DNA of 64,000 nt from a virus: positions 1 to 64,000 of IMG/VR virus record IMGVR_UViG_3300032897_000002; one strand, written 5' to 3'. A program made the position numbers and the translations under genes. The notes below the pieces were generated by a model, which saw nothing but the letters and a program-made list of their open reading frames with translations, had not been told where the DNA came from and searched no databases. Of the stretch, positions 10,901 through 19,440 are shown piece after piece. Within the stretch, counting starts at the first letter, position 1; each line of letters starts with the position of its first letter.

Positions 10901-12197
10901 AAATTCCGTTTCCGTTGGAAGTACCGTACACCGTTACGGTCACCACGGCCCCAGCCTGATAAGTCCAGGTGACTTGGGTGGGCGAGGTGCCGTCCAAGAT
11001 CGTAGCGCCGGGTGCGGGACTGGCCGGAAATGCCGGGATGCTGCCGCCGCTGGTGCCAGGCACAGTGACCTGCCAGACGTGGCCGTACTGATCCACAATG
11101 GTGCAGCCGAGCACGTAGGCGTTATCGGCCTGCCAGCCGGGGGCCTCGCCGGACGCAATGGCGTAGGTGTAGGTGGCGACGTTGGACAGCAACGCGGTGG
11201 CCTGCACAAGCAACTGCCCGAGGGTGGGCGTAAACTGGATTTCCCAGACGCCATTCCACTGATTCGGACTGGCCCCCGAGATCGTCAGGTTGCCGCCGAT
11301 GGTGGCACTGAGCGCCGGGATGGGATTGGTAATGGTGAGGATGGCTGATGTTTTGCGGTATGTCCCGCCCGCCGTTCCCCGCGCAAAGTCGCTTACGGCA
11401 ATGCTGGTTGTGACCAGGATGTAGGGCTTCGTGCCGGTGGCGTCCGTAAAAAACCCGGTTCCCGCAACGGTATAAGTGCCGTTGGGATTCTGGCCTTCCA
11501 GCGTTCCCATGCCGGAGATGTAGATGTTGTCCCCGATTTTAACATCCCCCAGCCAGATTGCCCCGACGCCGGGTCCGCCCATGATCCAGAGCGAATTGGC
11601 GGAGGGCGGCGCGTTGTACTCGTCAATGTACGCTCCCCAAACCGCACTGTCGATGACGTGCGTGCTGTAGGGCTGGATGATGGACTGCACGCCGTAGGTG
11701 GCCGGTGGCGCCTGCGGCGGTACAGATGGCCCCGCACCCGGCCCGCACTGCGAAATGCGGTCAAGGTTGGTCCCGTTCCACTGCCGGGGCTGGTCTACTC
11801 CCGAAACAAGGTTCGAGAGTCCGATGAACTCAGCGTTGGGGAACGTAGCCGACAACGCACGGGCGCTATTGAGGATGCCGCTGTAGAACTTGGTCAGGAT
11901 GCCCGGAATGGCGAGGTTCTCGTAGAAGAGATTTCCGGTGCTGTCCTGAAAGAGCGTCTGTTGCAGGCCACCCGGCAGGCTCATGCCCTTGATCCACTGA
12001 TAGGCTGCGGTGCCGGACGGAAGGGTGACCGGGACGGTCAGTCCGGGTCTTATGGTGAGGCCCTGAATGGTAAAATCTACGTCATAGCATAGTGGACTAG
12101 CCCCGGCTGGGAGCACGCGGGGGTCAGCGATAGTGTATAACCCGCCAAATGACTGAAGGGTAAACTCTCGGGCTGGGGGCTGCGGTTTTCTAGCCAC
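7959..12197 (-). CDS. Tail nozzle / packaged-DNA stabilisation protein with inserted beta-rich modules (1412 aa)
   Basis: N-terminal F.SFGGL...LPAGASP.C.DVDF and C-terminal propeller-like segments (GVFLFDGG..IKISQEVQSIW) typical of podovirus nozzles; Thr/Gly-rich inserts. Confidence 0.7.
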   Translation of the reverse strand: MARKPQPPAREFTLQSFGGLYTIADPRVLPAGASPLCYDVDFTIQGLTIRPGLTVPVTLPSGTAAYQWIKGMSLPGGLQQTLFQDSTGNLFYENLAIPGILTKFYSGILNSARALSATFPNAEFIGLSNLVSGVDQPRQWNGTNLDRISQCGPGAGPSVPPQAPPATYGVQSIIQPYSTHVIDSAVWGAYIDEYNAPPSANSLWIMGGPGVGAIWLGDVKIGDNIYISGMGTLEGQNPNGTYTVAGTGFFTDATGTKPYILVTTSIAVSDFARGTAGGTYRKTSAILTITNPIPALSATIGGNLTISGASPNQWNGVWEIQFTPTLGQLLVQATALLSNVATYTYAIASGEAPGWQADNAYVLGCTIVDQYGHVWQVTVPGTSGGSIPAFPASPAPGATILDGTSPTQVTWTYQAGAVVTVTVYGTSNGNGIFNVANATITSATSTTFTTTIPSPNFAAAGEAGNAISGSANVIVIDPAQKTLNTGSPGTDPIYGNASAGGLVVPPATGNVAAGQRYAICMFLSRSGNITPASPPVSFYTTGQSTQLTFQNIPIGPPNVIARIIAINAANAGIAGPYFWVPTPVTVPGTQATLGAAITYDATIINDNVSTFLGPINISDPVLLDSINVTEAGNNTQQQREIGEFAKCVNYFGRGFYIGERVKTDNFVNVTFDGGTVSGLPAGWTVSPKLAYDISVVPSPIVNTSLYIKNIATPKIVQAVSYSATAASTITAAFGVSPTPGNTIVFLLTGHNQVGGYPSQTGLITQTNKTGAYWNSAIYTRTVQAGDSASWTLSLGGTQTGFSTLAMYELPGTPVVTAASGEITSGSITTNVITPTGTSIVLANFIIDNGTYAETVKLSPTIYYVDQIESTYSFNANVYTVTGSGASLPTSAITLTATPWTPVLNPVWTTILCSYGPTGVTINPTGTTLPNMLVLSQGAALDAYSEAIIQSNTAYSVRVTASIPSGKTSGSLVVELYSPSLDANWPFTIPFASMSTSVKEFTATFSNPQWLPVPSDLQLRVYPLNMAVVTDVLVDRIEIYPTTQPVYAQQCAVSYAESYEAVDSITGVIDTSNFTAEPQTDIFVFLETLYIKTATKTFAIAAANQSGEPSSWEIREVSNTIGECGPLASDLGEEYSLDACGLGVFLFDGGNHIKISQEVQSIWNAIYKPALNTIWLRNDITNKRIMVGIPLPTPNQWLPNAPVNATPTSPNVILMCSYLGLDTGLQIAEGPSIVVSAFAGHLIFKEGHRKWTLWTIPSPLGNFIPRPDGSTQFWFGGNFNGEIYELDPTNTTDNGAAIPETYCTNGFSDKITNETLQLGDVRKLYQYGLAKIEGSGQWNVNFYPETLATPYMATQAAFNLYNPALDDTNFPIAQNGNAMFIEFTVDGNVGSWFQLERLVIFVCRDPWLPISGV

Positions 12198-12200
12198 TTT

Positions 12201-12473
12201 TTACGGTTCCCAATCAGGAATATCAACCGTCTTTCCTCGAAGCTCATGAAACGAGTCATCCAGAAATTGAATCTTGCCTTGGCTGACGAAACTGTGGCAG
12301 CGAAGCTGGGGTTGCGAGGCTTGCACCACAATGCTCGGGTAGAACGTCGGCACGCTCATGGATTCGTTCCATTCCCAAACTGGCCCTTCACCCCCTACCC
12401 TTACCGCGTGCCCGTAATTGCAGCCGGGACAATGGAAGATGAGCAGGTTCTCGGCGCAACGGTGCAGCTTCAC
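12201..12473 (-). CDS. DUF6527-like small metal-binding protein
   Basis: FHCPGC..GH...WEWN.....PTFYPSI...CHSFV..GKIQFL.DS.HEL.G.TV pattern. Confidence 0.75.
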   Translation of the reverse strand: MKLHRCAENLLIFHCPGCNYGHAVRVGGEGPVWEWNESMSVPTFYPSIVVQASQPQLRCHSFVSQGKIQFLDDSFHELRGKTVDIPDWEP

Positions 12474-12826
12474 GCCGAGGCGGGCTCGTTTTTTGGCGCC
12501 TCCGCCGCTGGCTCCTCGGGTGGATGGACTTCCGGCTTCGGACCGCGCATCACACCGGCCGCGTCCGGCTGCGGCGGTGGAGGTGGCAACGGTTCCGCTG
12601 GCGCTGGCACTTCCGGTTTCTCGGGCTCCGGGGGAGCTTTCTCAGGTGGCTTCGCTTCCGCCTTCACGGCCAACTCAGGATAGAGCGGCTCAAGAGGCCC
12701 CGATGCCGGGGGAAAGCATACCGGGCAGCAGCCTTTGATGGCGGGTGGAGAAGTGTGTTCCGCCTTCCGCACTCCCATGTGCTTTCCGCAACCCGCACAG
12801 AATACATCAACGTCGATTAGCGCCAT
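12470..12826 (-). CDS. Hypothetical protein: CxxC...CxxC zinc ribbon plus Pro/Glu-rich tail
   Basis: GAGGAGG RBS; coupled to its neighbours. Confidence 0.6.
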   Translation of the reverse strand: MALIDVDVFCAGCGKHMGVRKAEHTSPPAIKGCCPVCFPPASGPLEPLYPELAVKAEAKPPEKAPPEPEKPEVPAPAEPLPPPPPQPDAAGVMRGPKPEVHPPEEPAAEAPKNEPASA

Positions 12827-12836
12827 TGCGCCCTCC

Positions 12837-13157
12837 TCAACTGAAACTCATGGGCGGCGTGCTGCGGCCCATGGCTGAAAAACGCCTCTTGCTGGGAGGA
12901 GGCATGGGTTCCTCGGACTCTTCCGGCTCCGCGCCGCGTCCCATCAGCCGCCCAATCTCGCCGGGGATTTCAGGCGTCTGCCGGTCGCGCTCCTCTGCCG
13001 GCAGCGGTTGATCGCTGGAACGGGTCATGCTGGCCAGCAGTCCTTCATCGGCCGCACCTTCACGGGCCTGGCTGGCGCGTGAGGCAAAGCCCGATGAATT
13101 CCCTCGCGGCTTGCGGGCCGTTGACATTCTCTTTGGGTCACTCTTTATCCATGCCAT
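12837..13157 (-). CDS. Hypothetical disordered protein
   Basis: AAGGAGG RBS; tiles the operon. Confidence 0.55.
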   Translation of the reverse strand: MAWIKSDPKRMSTARKPRGNSSGFASRASQAREGAADEGLLASMTRSSDQPLPAEERDRQTPEIPGEIGRLMGRGAEPEESEEPMPPPSKRRFSAMGRSTPPMSFS

Positions 13158-13176
13158 GTTGCCTCCTTAGACTTTA

Positions 13177-13983
13177 CTAAACTCCCCATTCCATGATCCC
13201 GGCCTCATCCCCGTAAGACTCTCTCACAACGGGAGCGGCCTGCTTCGCCCGCACGATGCGGTTGGCCATGCCGAGCATCGCCTGCTGGTAGTCCTCTTTG
13301 AAGGAATCGACATCAAGCATTCCGGGCTTGCCCTTGGTGTACTTGTACGCCGCCCACGCCGCAAGCGGCTGCACGTCCTCCAGAAACGGAAGCGCCGTCA
13401 GCGGAAAGGTCGAAGGCTGCCATATCGCGCTTGTGTAGACGATGGACGTGCAGGAATAGCGCAAGCGGATGTCGCACAGTTGTGTCGAGCCGTTCCAGTA
13501 GATCGTGTTGTTGCGCCACTCCCATTCGCCAAGGAATTGACTCTGGTAATCGCTGCGGATGCCGGTGGTGGTTTCTTTAAAGTGTCCGAACGGGAGATTG
13601 CTGTTACTGTTGCGCTGCCACATATAGAGCGGCGTGATGAGGTTCGTCGGAAGCGTAGGGGTGACGGTTGTGTTGGTGCCGTCAAAGAAGCCGCTGAAGC
13701 TGAGCGCCTGCTGCGCGGCAGGATCGGGATTGCCGGGACCGTTGGCTCCGCTGATGACCGGGATGTTGTAGATGACAACTTCCTGACGGTTCGCCATGAA
13801 GCCGGTATTTTCGAGGTCGCGCTGAAGCTGCCAGATGCTTTCGTTCAAAAGGGGTAGGATCGACGGGTGCGAATCCGTCAGAACGCGGCCCTCGCCGGGG
13901 GTTCCAGTTGTCCCGGCGAAGGTGTCGCCCACGTAAGTCCGTAGCCTAATGCAATAGTCCTCGATGGTGGGGAACGCGCCCAT
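13177..13983 (-). CDS. Putative head-tail adaptor (tail tubular protein A-like)
   Basis: Size, helical N-terminus, LP..L..PL.MW.R and ..LAAWAAY motifs; located between capsid and nozzle genes. Confidence 0.6.
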   Translation of the reverse strand: MGAFPTIEDYCIRLRTYVGDTFAGTTGTPGEGRVLTDSHPSILPLLNESIWQLQRDLENTGFMANRQEVVIYNIPVISGANGPGNPDPAAQQALSFSGFFDGTNTTVTPTLPTNLITPLYMWQRNSNSNLPFGHFKETTTGIRSDYQSQFLGEWEWRNNTIYWNGSTQLCDIRLRYSCTSIVYTSAIWQPSTFPLTALPFLEDVQPLAAWAAYKYTKGKPGMLDVDSFKEDYQQAMLGMANRIVRAKQAAPVVRESYGDEAGIMEWGV

Positions 13984-14003
13984 ATTTGGTCCTCAGACGG
14001 TTC

Positions 14004-14906
14004 TTACTGCTGCTTCGCCTTGCTCGGCCGCGTCTTGGCTTCCAGTTCTCCCATTTCTTCAACTTCGCGAGCGGCTCTCCACCAATCTCCTCGATGAGAG
14101 GCCGGAACGTCCTCCAGCTTTTTCACGCCAGCGTTGACGGCTTTTTCCCACGAGCGAATGCAGAGCATTCCGATGGACTGGTTCATGTGGAAGGCCACAC
14201 CGGGTCGGATTTGCTCGCCGCAGTTCTCGCAAAACTCCGGCGTAGCCAGATGACTGTGCCAGCCAGGGGAGATTTGGAAGTAATCCGCTGCTTTGTGCAT
14301 TTCAGGAGAAATCTCGTTTTTGGGTGCCTGCGGGTCTTGTGAAATTTGGTTTGCGCGTTCAATCAACGCATGATAGTGCTGTTCCATGCGCTGTTTTGCC
14401 TTGGTGAGTTCCTCGCGGGTCGGCGGATTGTTGATGGTCCAGAACACTCCGCGCCGGCTGAGGTCGTCGCTGCCACCGTCGAGCCACGCCTGATCGGCAG
14501 GCGGCTGCGCCCACATATCCACGCCCAGGTTGGACGGGTTGATGATGTCCATTGCCATTCTCTCGCCGTACTGCGGGATGAGGTCCGTCTCCCCGCTCTC
14601 CGCACGGATGTCTTTGAGGTGCGTGATGTTGGGGAACTTGATCGCGAGGATGTACGGCTCATCGTCCGGGCAGGCCGGAATGCGGATGTTGGGGCAGTGC
14701 GGTGGCCGCGTCACATGGAATTCGCGGTGCGAGATGTTGTAGACATGCACCCAATAGTCCGGCTTGCGGTTGGCGTAGGGATGCTGGCTGAGGTCGGTGA
14801 ACTGGATGCCGGTGAGGTTCTTGTCGCGGGTGAAAACTCTTTCCTGCTGCTGAACGCTTGCGCTAGGCGGTACAATCTTGGCGTCGTATGCTTGTCCTTC
14901 GGGCAT
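14004..14906 (-). CDS. Hypothetical phage protein with C-terminal CxxC...H/C zinc site; paralog of 33507..34388
   Basis: GAGGAG RBS; shares IPAC, AMD, G(V/L)FW..NPPT.EE motifs with 33507..34388. Confidence 0.7.
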   Translation of the reverse strand: MPEGQAYDAKIVPPSASVQQQERVFTRDKNLTGIQFTDLSQHPYANRKPDYWVHVYNISHREFHVTRPPHCPNIRIPACPDDEPYILAIKFPNITHLKDIRAESGETDLIPQYGERMAMDIINPSNLGVDMWAQPPADQAWLDGGSDDLSRRGVFWTINNPPTREELTKAKQRMEQHYHALIERANQISQDPQAPKNEISPEMHKAADYFQISPGWHSHLATPEFCENCGEQIRPGVAFHMNQSIGMLCIRSWEKAVNAGVKKLEDVPASHRGDWWRAAREVEEMGELEAKTRPSKAKQQ

Positions 14907-14993
14907 TGCTGCTCCTCTCTGGGAGTTTAGATTGGCCGGTGGTCCCGGCTCTTTGATAGTTATACGCTTACAATCGAATCAAAGCAAATAAGT

Positions 14994-15644
14994 TTACTGC
15001 AACACTCCCCCGCCAACCGGCTGGATGAGGCCGCTCGGCACGATGCTGCGGCCATGCGGAATGCGCTTGCGGAAGTCCCGCACGAACTTCATGCGCTTCT
15101 CGATGAGTTCCATCTTCTGCTTGAGGGCGCTGTTGACGTTGGCTTGGCCCGAGAACGAGCAGGCGTCTCCGAACTGCGGGAAGGCGTCTTGCAGGCGGTC
15201 GGCAATGACTCGGACCTTCTCTTCTTCCTTCGCCAGTTCCGCTTCCTTGTACACGCTGAGGCGCTGCTTCATCGTGTCGTGCTCATGGCGCAGGTGAAGG
15301 AACATGATGCGGCCCAGAACTTCCTTGTTGAGCCATTCGCTGTCGAGCATGTCCGGCTCCTTGCGGCCCTTGATCTCATGGCGAAAACACTCCAGCGGCA
15401 CGTAACCCCCTCCACTTGGAAATTCGCCAAATTGAGCGCCGTCCCAATCGCACTTCGGGCCGAAGTCCTGCGGCGGTCGAAATTCCGCGAGCACCCAAGC
15501 ATCCTTGTAGGGGAAGAAGAAGCAATCGGGGATGGCGAACTGGCCATCGGGCGTGCTGCCCCAAATCAGCTTGAATCGCGGCTTGCCGTAGGTCGTGCCA
15601 CCAAAGTTTTCTACGAAGTCCTTGTAGTGCTTAGGAAGGTGCAT
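14994..15644 (-). CDS. Hypothetical phage protein (start MHLPKHY)
   Basis: ATG overlaps the methylase stop (TAATG), preceded by AAGGAG. Confidence 0.65.
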   Translation of the reverse strand: MHLPKHYKDFVENFGGTTYGKPRFKLIWGSTPDGQFAIPDCFFFPYKDAWVLAEFRPPQDFGPKCDWDGAQFGEFPSGGGYVPLECFRHEIKGRKEPDMLDSEWLNKEVLGRIMFLHLRHEHDTMKQRLSVYKEAELAKEEEKVRVIADRLQDAFPQFGDACSFSGQANVNSALKQKMELIEKRMKFVRDFRKRIPHGRSIVPSGLIQPVGGGVLQ

Positions 15645-16756
15645 TACTGCGTCTTCTCCTTGAGCATTTCCAATTCTACCATTGCGTCCAATTCGCCGGT
15701 CAGTGCTCCAATTTTGTCCGGCCCGTCGTATTCGATGCAAGATTGCCGCATCGCCTCAGTTCTGGCAAAGAGAGTTGTTGTCAGGCAGTGCGGACTAAAC
15801 CAAATTCTTTCCCTGCCGCAATTAAGTCGGCCAACCCCGTCATCATCGCCTTGGGAGCCGTAACCGCCGCGTGCTTTCCAATGAACACATTCCCAAGTTT
15901 CTGGAAAAACGTGCTCACCCTCATAGCCACAAAGGGCGATTCTCATGCGCGGGTCTTCTCCCCATTCCAAGGCCCACTCGCGAACTTCCTTAGCCACGCT
16001 CAGGTCTTCGGCAGAATAAAGTCCTTCGGTTCTTTCCGCATCATCGGAATATGGAGGATCGAGGAAAACACCCGTAATGCCATGCTTGACGGTTGGCGAA
16101 GGTCCGCAGATACGGCTCCAGTCGCCGCAGCATACCCGCACGCAGCGCAGTCGGTTGGCAAGCTCCGTCATGTAAGCAATCAGATGCGCCCGAGAAAGCG
16201 TCCCCGAGGTGAGGTCGCTTGCGATGCCGCCCATACCCGCGTCCCCGAGGTGAGGTCGCTGGCGATGCACGCCCTTACCCGCGTCCCCGAGGTGAGGTCG
16301 CTGGCGATGCACGCCCATACCCGCATCCCCGAGGTGAGGTAGCTGGCGAAGTCCCGAGCACCAGCCCGAACCAATCCAAACGCATTGCCCCCATACCCAC
16401 CACCCCGCAATCTTCACATCAAAATAATCAGGGTCGGTCTTCATGCGCTCAGCCCAATCAGTCTGCTGAATCAGCCACAGATGTCGGGCGTGTTGATCGG
16501 CCTCGTTGACCGGATTATCTGCATATCGAGCCACTTCCTCTGGTTGAGCTTGCAAGGCACGCCAGAAGTTTGCTATGAAGCAGTCCCGGTCATTTACTGT
16601 TTCGGTGTGTGGAAACGTAGGGCGACCAAGAAGAACAGCCCCGCTTCCGAAGAATGGCTCGACATAATTGGGGACGTTTCCAAACCGTTCCCAAACCAAT
16701 TGTGCAACTTTTGATTTTCCGCCGAACCATGGGAATGGAGCTTGGAGTTGAGTCAC
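15644..16756 (-). CDS. DNA adenine methyltransferase (D12/Dam class)
   Basis: PFPWFGGKS, YVEPFFGSGAV (SAM binding), VFLDPPY (catalytic). Confidence 0.9.
   Translation of the reverse strand: MTQLQAPFPWFGGKSKVAQLVWERFGNVPNYVEPFFGSGAVLLGRPTFPHTETVNDRDCFIANFWRALQAQPEEVARYADNPVNEADQHARHLWLIQQTDWAERMKTDPDYFDVKIAGWWVWGQCVWIGSGWCSGLRQLPHLGDAGMGVHRQRPHLGDAGKGVHRQRPHLGDAGMGGIASDLTSGTLSRAHLIAYMTELANRLRCVRVCCGDWSRICGPSPTVKHGITGVFLDPPYSDDAERTEGLYSAEDLSVAKEVREWALEWGEDPRMRIALCGYEGEHVFPETWECVHWKARGGYGSQGDDDGVGRLNCGRERIWFSPHCLTTTLFARTEAMRQSCIEYDGPDKIGALTGELDAMVELEMLKEKTQ
16200..16345. repeat. Intragenic 42-bp tandem repeat (about 3.5 copies; spacing 41/42/42)
   Basis: (g/a)tccccgaggtgaggt recurs at 16200, 16241, 16283 and 16325; encodes RQRPHLGDAG(M/K)GVH. 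Confidence 0.9.
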
Positions 16757-16897
16757 TTACGGCTCTCCTTCTCCATCAGGATGCCAATAGGCAGATAGGT
16801 TTTCACGCGCATAGGGTAGCACATGGCAGGAGCGTTGCAAAGCAGTTTTGAGGGGTGGCTCGCACCACCCCTCGGACGCATCAGAATCCCCGCAGCC

Positions 16898-17431
16898 TTA
16901 CGTGCCCAGCGCCATGATGATGGTGGTGAGCGCCATGTTGGGATTCGGAGCAGGAGACCCGCCGGCTGCCGTCAGCACGGTCGCGATGGTGATGGCGGAG
17001 CCCGCCTTGCAGCGCACAATGGCGAAACCGGGGCCGGTGGTGTACGGGCAGTTCCCCAGGACGCCGTTGTAGTTGGAGCCGGTCCCCAGCGTAATCACGC
17101 CAATCTGGAACGTCTGCGCCGACCCGACCGGATCGGTGAAGCCCGCCGTGACGGTGTGGTATCCCAGGCTGGACGAGGCGCCGCTGCCCAGGACGGTCGT
17201 GGTGCCCTGGCACGCAATCAGGTAGGTGCCGTTGGCCGGAGCGGTCATGAGCGTGGTGGTGCTGATGGTGGCAGTGACGGCCGCCATGGTCTGGTTATAG
17301 AGAATCGCCGGAAGCGCCGAAATCCCGGCCGGAAGGGGCGGGGCCGTCGAGAACCCGGCGCCGCAGATTTCCCGTGGGCCTTGGTACTCCCATCGGTGGT
17401 TGAGTACGTCAAGCAGATTCAGTTTCTTCAT
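16898..17431 (-). CDS. Putative capsid decoration/minor virion protein
   Basis: Thr/Ala/Gly-rich beta protein just downstream of the capsid gene; GGAGG RBS. Confidence 0.5.
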   Translation of the reverse strand: MKKLNLLDVLNHRWEYQGPREICGAGFSTAPPLPAGISALPAILYNQTMAAVTATISTTTLMTAPANGTYLIACQGTTTVLGSGASSSLGYHTVTAGFTDPVGSAQTFQIGVITLGTGSNYNGVLGNCPYTTGPGFAIVRCKAGSAITIATVLTAAGGSPAPNPNMALTTIIMALGT

Positions 17432-17476
17432 GTGTTTCCTCCAAAAGGTTTAGGTGCGAAGCTCAGATCGAACCAG

Positions 17477-18073
17477 TTAGTCAAAGAGCGTCGGCTCGGC
17501 TGATACGGGCTTGGGAGCTTCCTGCGGAGGATTGAAAAGGGGAGCCACTTCGCCAGGAGTCCTTTCACGCTTTGGATACTTGGCGAGATAGGCGAGGGCC
17601 TTTTCAAGCCAGCCGTGAACCTCAATGGCCTCCAACCTTCGATTGCATTTCCCGCAGAGCAATCCGCGCACACACTTCCCGCAGCAGTGATATTGCTTTT
17701 GGCAACATCCGTGGTCGTGGTCAATCGAGAGGCTTGAAATTGGGCCATATTGGTTTCTTGCGTTCGTCTCGGCATCGCCGCAGATAGCGCAAGCACCACC
17801 TTGTTCTTCAAACTTACTGCGATACCACTGGACGGTGACGCCTTTGTGGCTGAGATTAGAAATTCTCTGATAAGCCCGGAGTTTCTCAGGCTCGTGCGTC
17901 TTGAGCTTTCGATATCGTCTCCGTGCGTAATCGGCAATCTTTGCATTGTTGCGTCGAGACCAGCCTCGGTGATATTCATTCCAGCACGCCTTGCAGAATG
18001 TTCCGTGGTTGACATTAGGCGGAAAATCGTTATGAACTTTCCCGCATTTGCTACACGCCTTCGTCTTGTTCAT
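17477..18073 (-). CDS. Endonuclease VII-like (His-Me) free-standing homing endonuclease
   Basis: QGGACAIC...LSIDHDH...VRGLLCGKCN motif; N-terminal CxxC..CxxC; start MNKTKAC after GAGGTG. Confidence 0.85.
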   Translation of the reverse strand: MNKTKACSKCGKVHNDFPPNVNHGTFCKACWNEYHRGWSRRNNAKIADYARRRYRKLKTHEPEKLRAYQRISNLSHKGVTVQWYRSKFEEQGGACAICGDAETNARNQYGPISSLSIDHDHGCCQKQYHCCGKCVRGLLCGKCNRRLEAIEVHGWLEKALAYLAKYPKRERTPGEVAPLFNPPQEAPKPVSAEPTLFD

Positions 18074-18153
18074 GGTCACCTCTATATGGAACATAACATA
18101 AAGGCGACCATGATACAAGAAGATTCTGCAATAGCTAAGTGCGTTAGAATCAC

Positions 18154-19440
18154 TCAGATAGACGGCTGCGCTGCCGAACTTACATACACGCCAGCGCGAA
18201 CATTTGAGTTGGCCGTATTGAGACTCGCAACGTACGCAAACATCGAACTGGTGAGGTAGGAACCTCCCGCGCTGATGTCAGGTACCGGCGCGACCGTCAT
18301 GCCCCCGCCGAAGTCGTACAGTTCGAGCGGCAGCATCTCACCGATGTACCAGGTACTCGGCGCAAACAGGTCCAGCCGTCCCGGCAGTGCGTTCATGCCC
18401 ACCATCAGGTCGAATCCGCCCCAAGTGGCAGGCCAGTGGCGCTGGGTCATGTCGGGAGTCGTATCGCCCTTGGTATCCTCGCGGCGTGCCGACAGCACGT
18501 TGAGGTAGAGCGAAGCGATCTGCATGGCCTGGTCAGGCCCGCAGTACCACATCGCACTTTGCAGTGCGGCGTTGTCCTTGCCCAATGCACGCAAGAGCAA
18601 CGTCTGGGCGCGGAAGGGGGTCAATGTGCTGATGGAGGCGCCGTTGAGATTGATGGTGGGCGTGCTGAGACGGCCCGGATAGCTGGCGCGGCTGAGCCCG
18701 CCGATGCTGCCGGCGTTTGAGTTGAGTTGCCAAGCCCGGAGTCCTAGGATGGAACTGCCCGCTGCACCGCTGGTACCGGCCACCATGAGGTAGTCGCCGG
18801 TGGTTGTGCCGCTTGGCAATGCGCCAGCGCTGTAGATGGTTTGGGCAACAGGGTCCACGTAGGAGATCGTGAAGCTGCCCCGGCTGGAGCCGCCGACGCT
18901 CGGGAACACCTGAATGACTTGCTGGTCGGCAAACTGGAAGGCGTTGTTGAGGCCCACAATGGAGCTTGTTGACTGCCCCGACCCCGTGTTGTTGTTGATG
19001 GTGGCGGTGGTGGGGATAGTGTCGAGAGTTCCCGACCCATCGCCCTGCAACAGCGATTCGAGGCCCTGCGTGGCCTGCTGGAAAGTGTTCTTCAGTTCCT
19101 GCGCCTGCACGTTGAAGAGTCCGCGTTTGCGGCCCTCCGTCGCAATGCGGGCCAGGAAGGTGATTTCACAGACCGAGAAGTAAAACACCGGAGCCAGCGC
19201 GAAACCGGCCCACTGGCTGCCCGTCCCACGGCCCAGAGAATCGGCGTTGCCGGTCCCCTGCGCGATGGCGGCCCCTGCCTGAATCCTCAAGGGAACGCGG
19301 AAAGACGGACGGGTTACGCCACCCGCTGCGGTCGTGAAGGAGACCGGGATGGTTGTTGCCTTAGTCTTAAATACCGTGTAGAGTGTCTTGTCAAATTGGA
19401 TAAGATCAGGAATATCCTTAGCAAAGGCATCAAGTTCAAT
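18154..19440 (-). CDS. Major capsid protein, exon 2
   Basis: Frame open upstream of the track start to 19440 (IELDAFAKDIPDL...). Capsid-like L.GDGSG.L and GL..W...G..GGLSR..YP..LSTP motifs; downstream of scaffold. Confidence 0.8.
   Translation of the reverse strand: MELDAFAKDIPDLIQFDKTLYTVFKTKATTIPVSFTTAAGGVTRPSFRVPLRIQAGAAIAQGTGNADSLGRGTGSQWAGFALAPVFYFSVCEITFLARIATEGRKRGLFNVQAQELKNTFQQATQGLESLLQGDGSGTLDTIPTTATINNNTGSGQSTSSIVGLNNAFQFADQQVIQVFPSVGGSSRGSFTISYVDPVAQTIYSAGALPSGTTTGDYLMVAGTSGAAGSSILGLRAWQLNSNAGSIGGLSRASYPGRLSTPTINLNGASISTLTPFRAQTLLLRALGKDNAALQSAMWYCGPDQAMQIASLYLNVLSARREDTKGDTTPDMTQRHWPATWGGFDLMVGMNALPGRLDLFAPSTWYIGEMLPLELYDFGGGMTVAPVPDISAGGSYLTSSMFAYVASLNTANSNVRAGVYVSSAAQPSI

Noticed and set aside
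16849-16875. Terminator after the decoration gene
   Set aside because: Strong hairpin GAGGGGTGG/CCACCCCTC, but followed by A's rather than U's on the coding (minus) strand.
18154-19290. Capsid starting at the track's TTG (19290)
   Set aside because: The frame stays open to 19440 and joins an RBS-bearing exon at 20131 after splicing.
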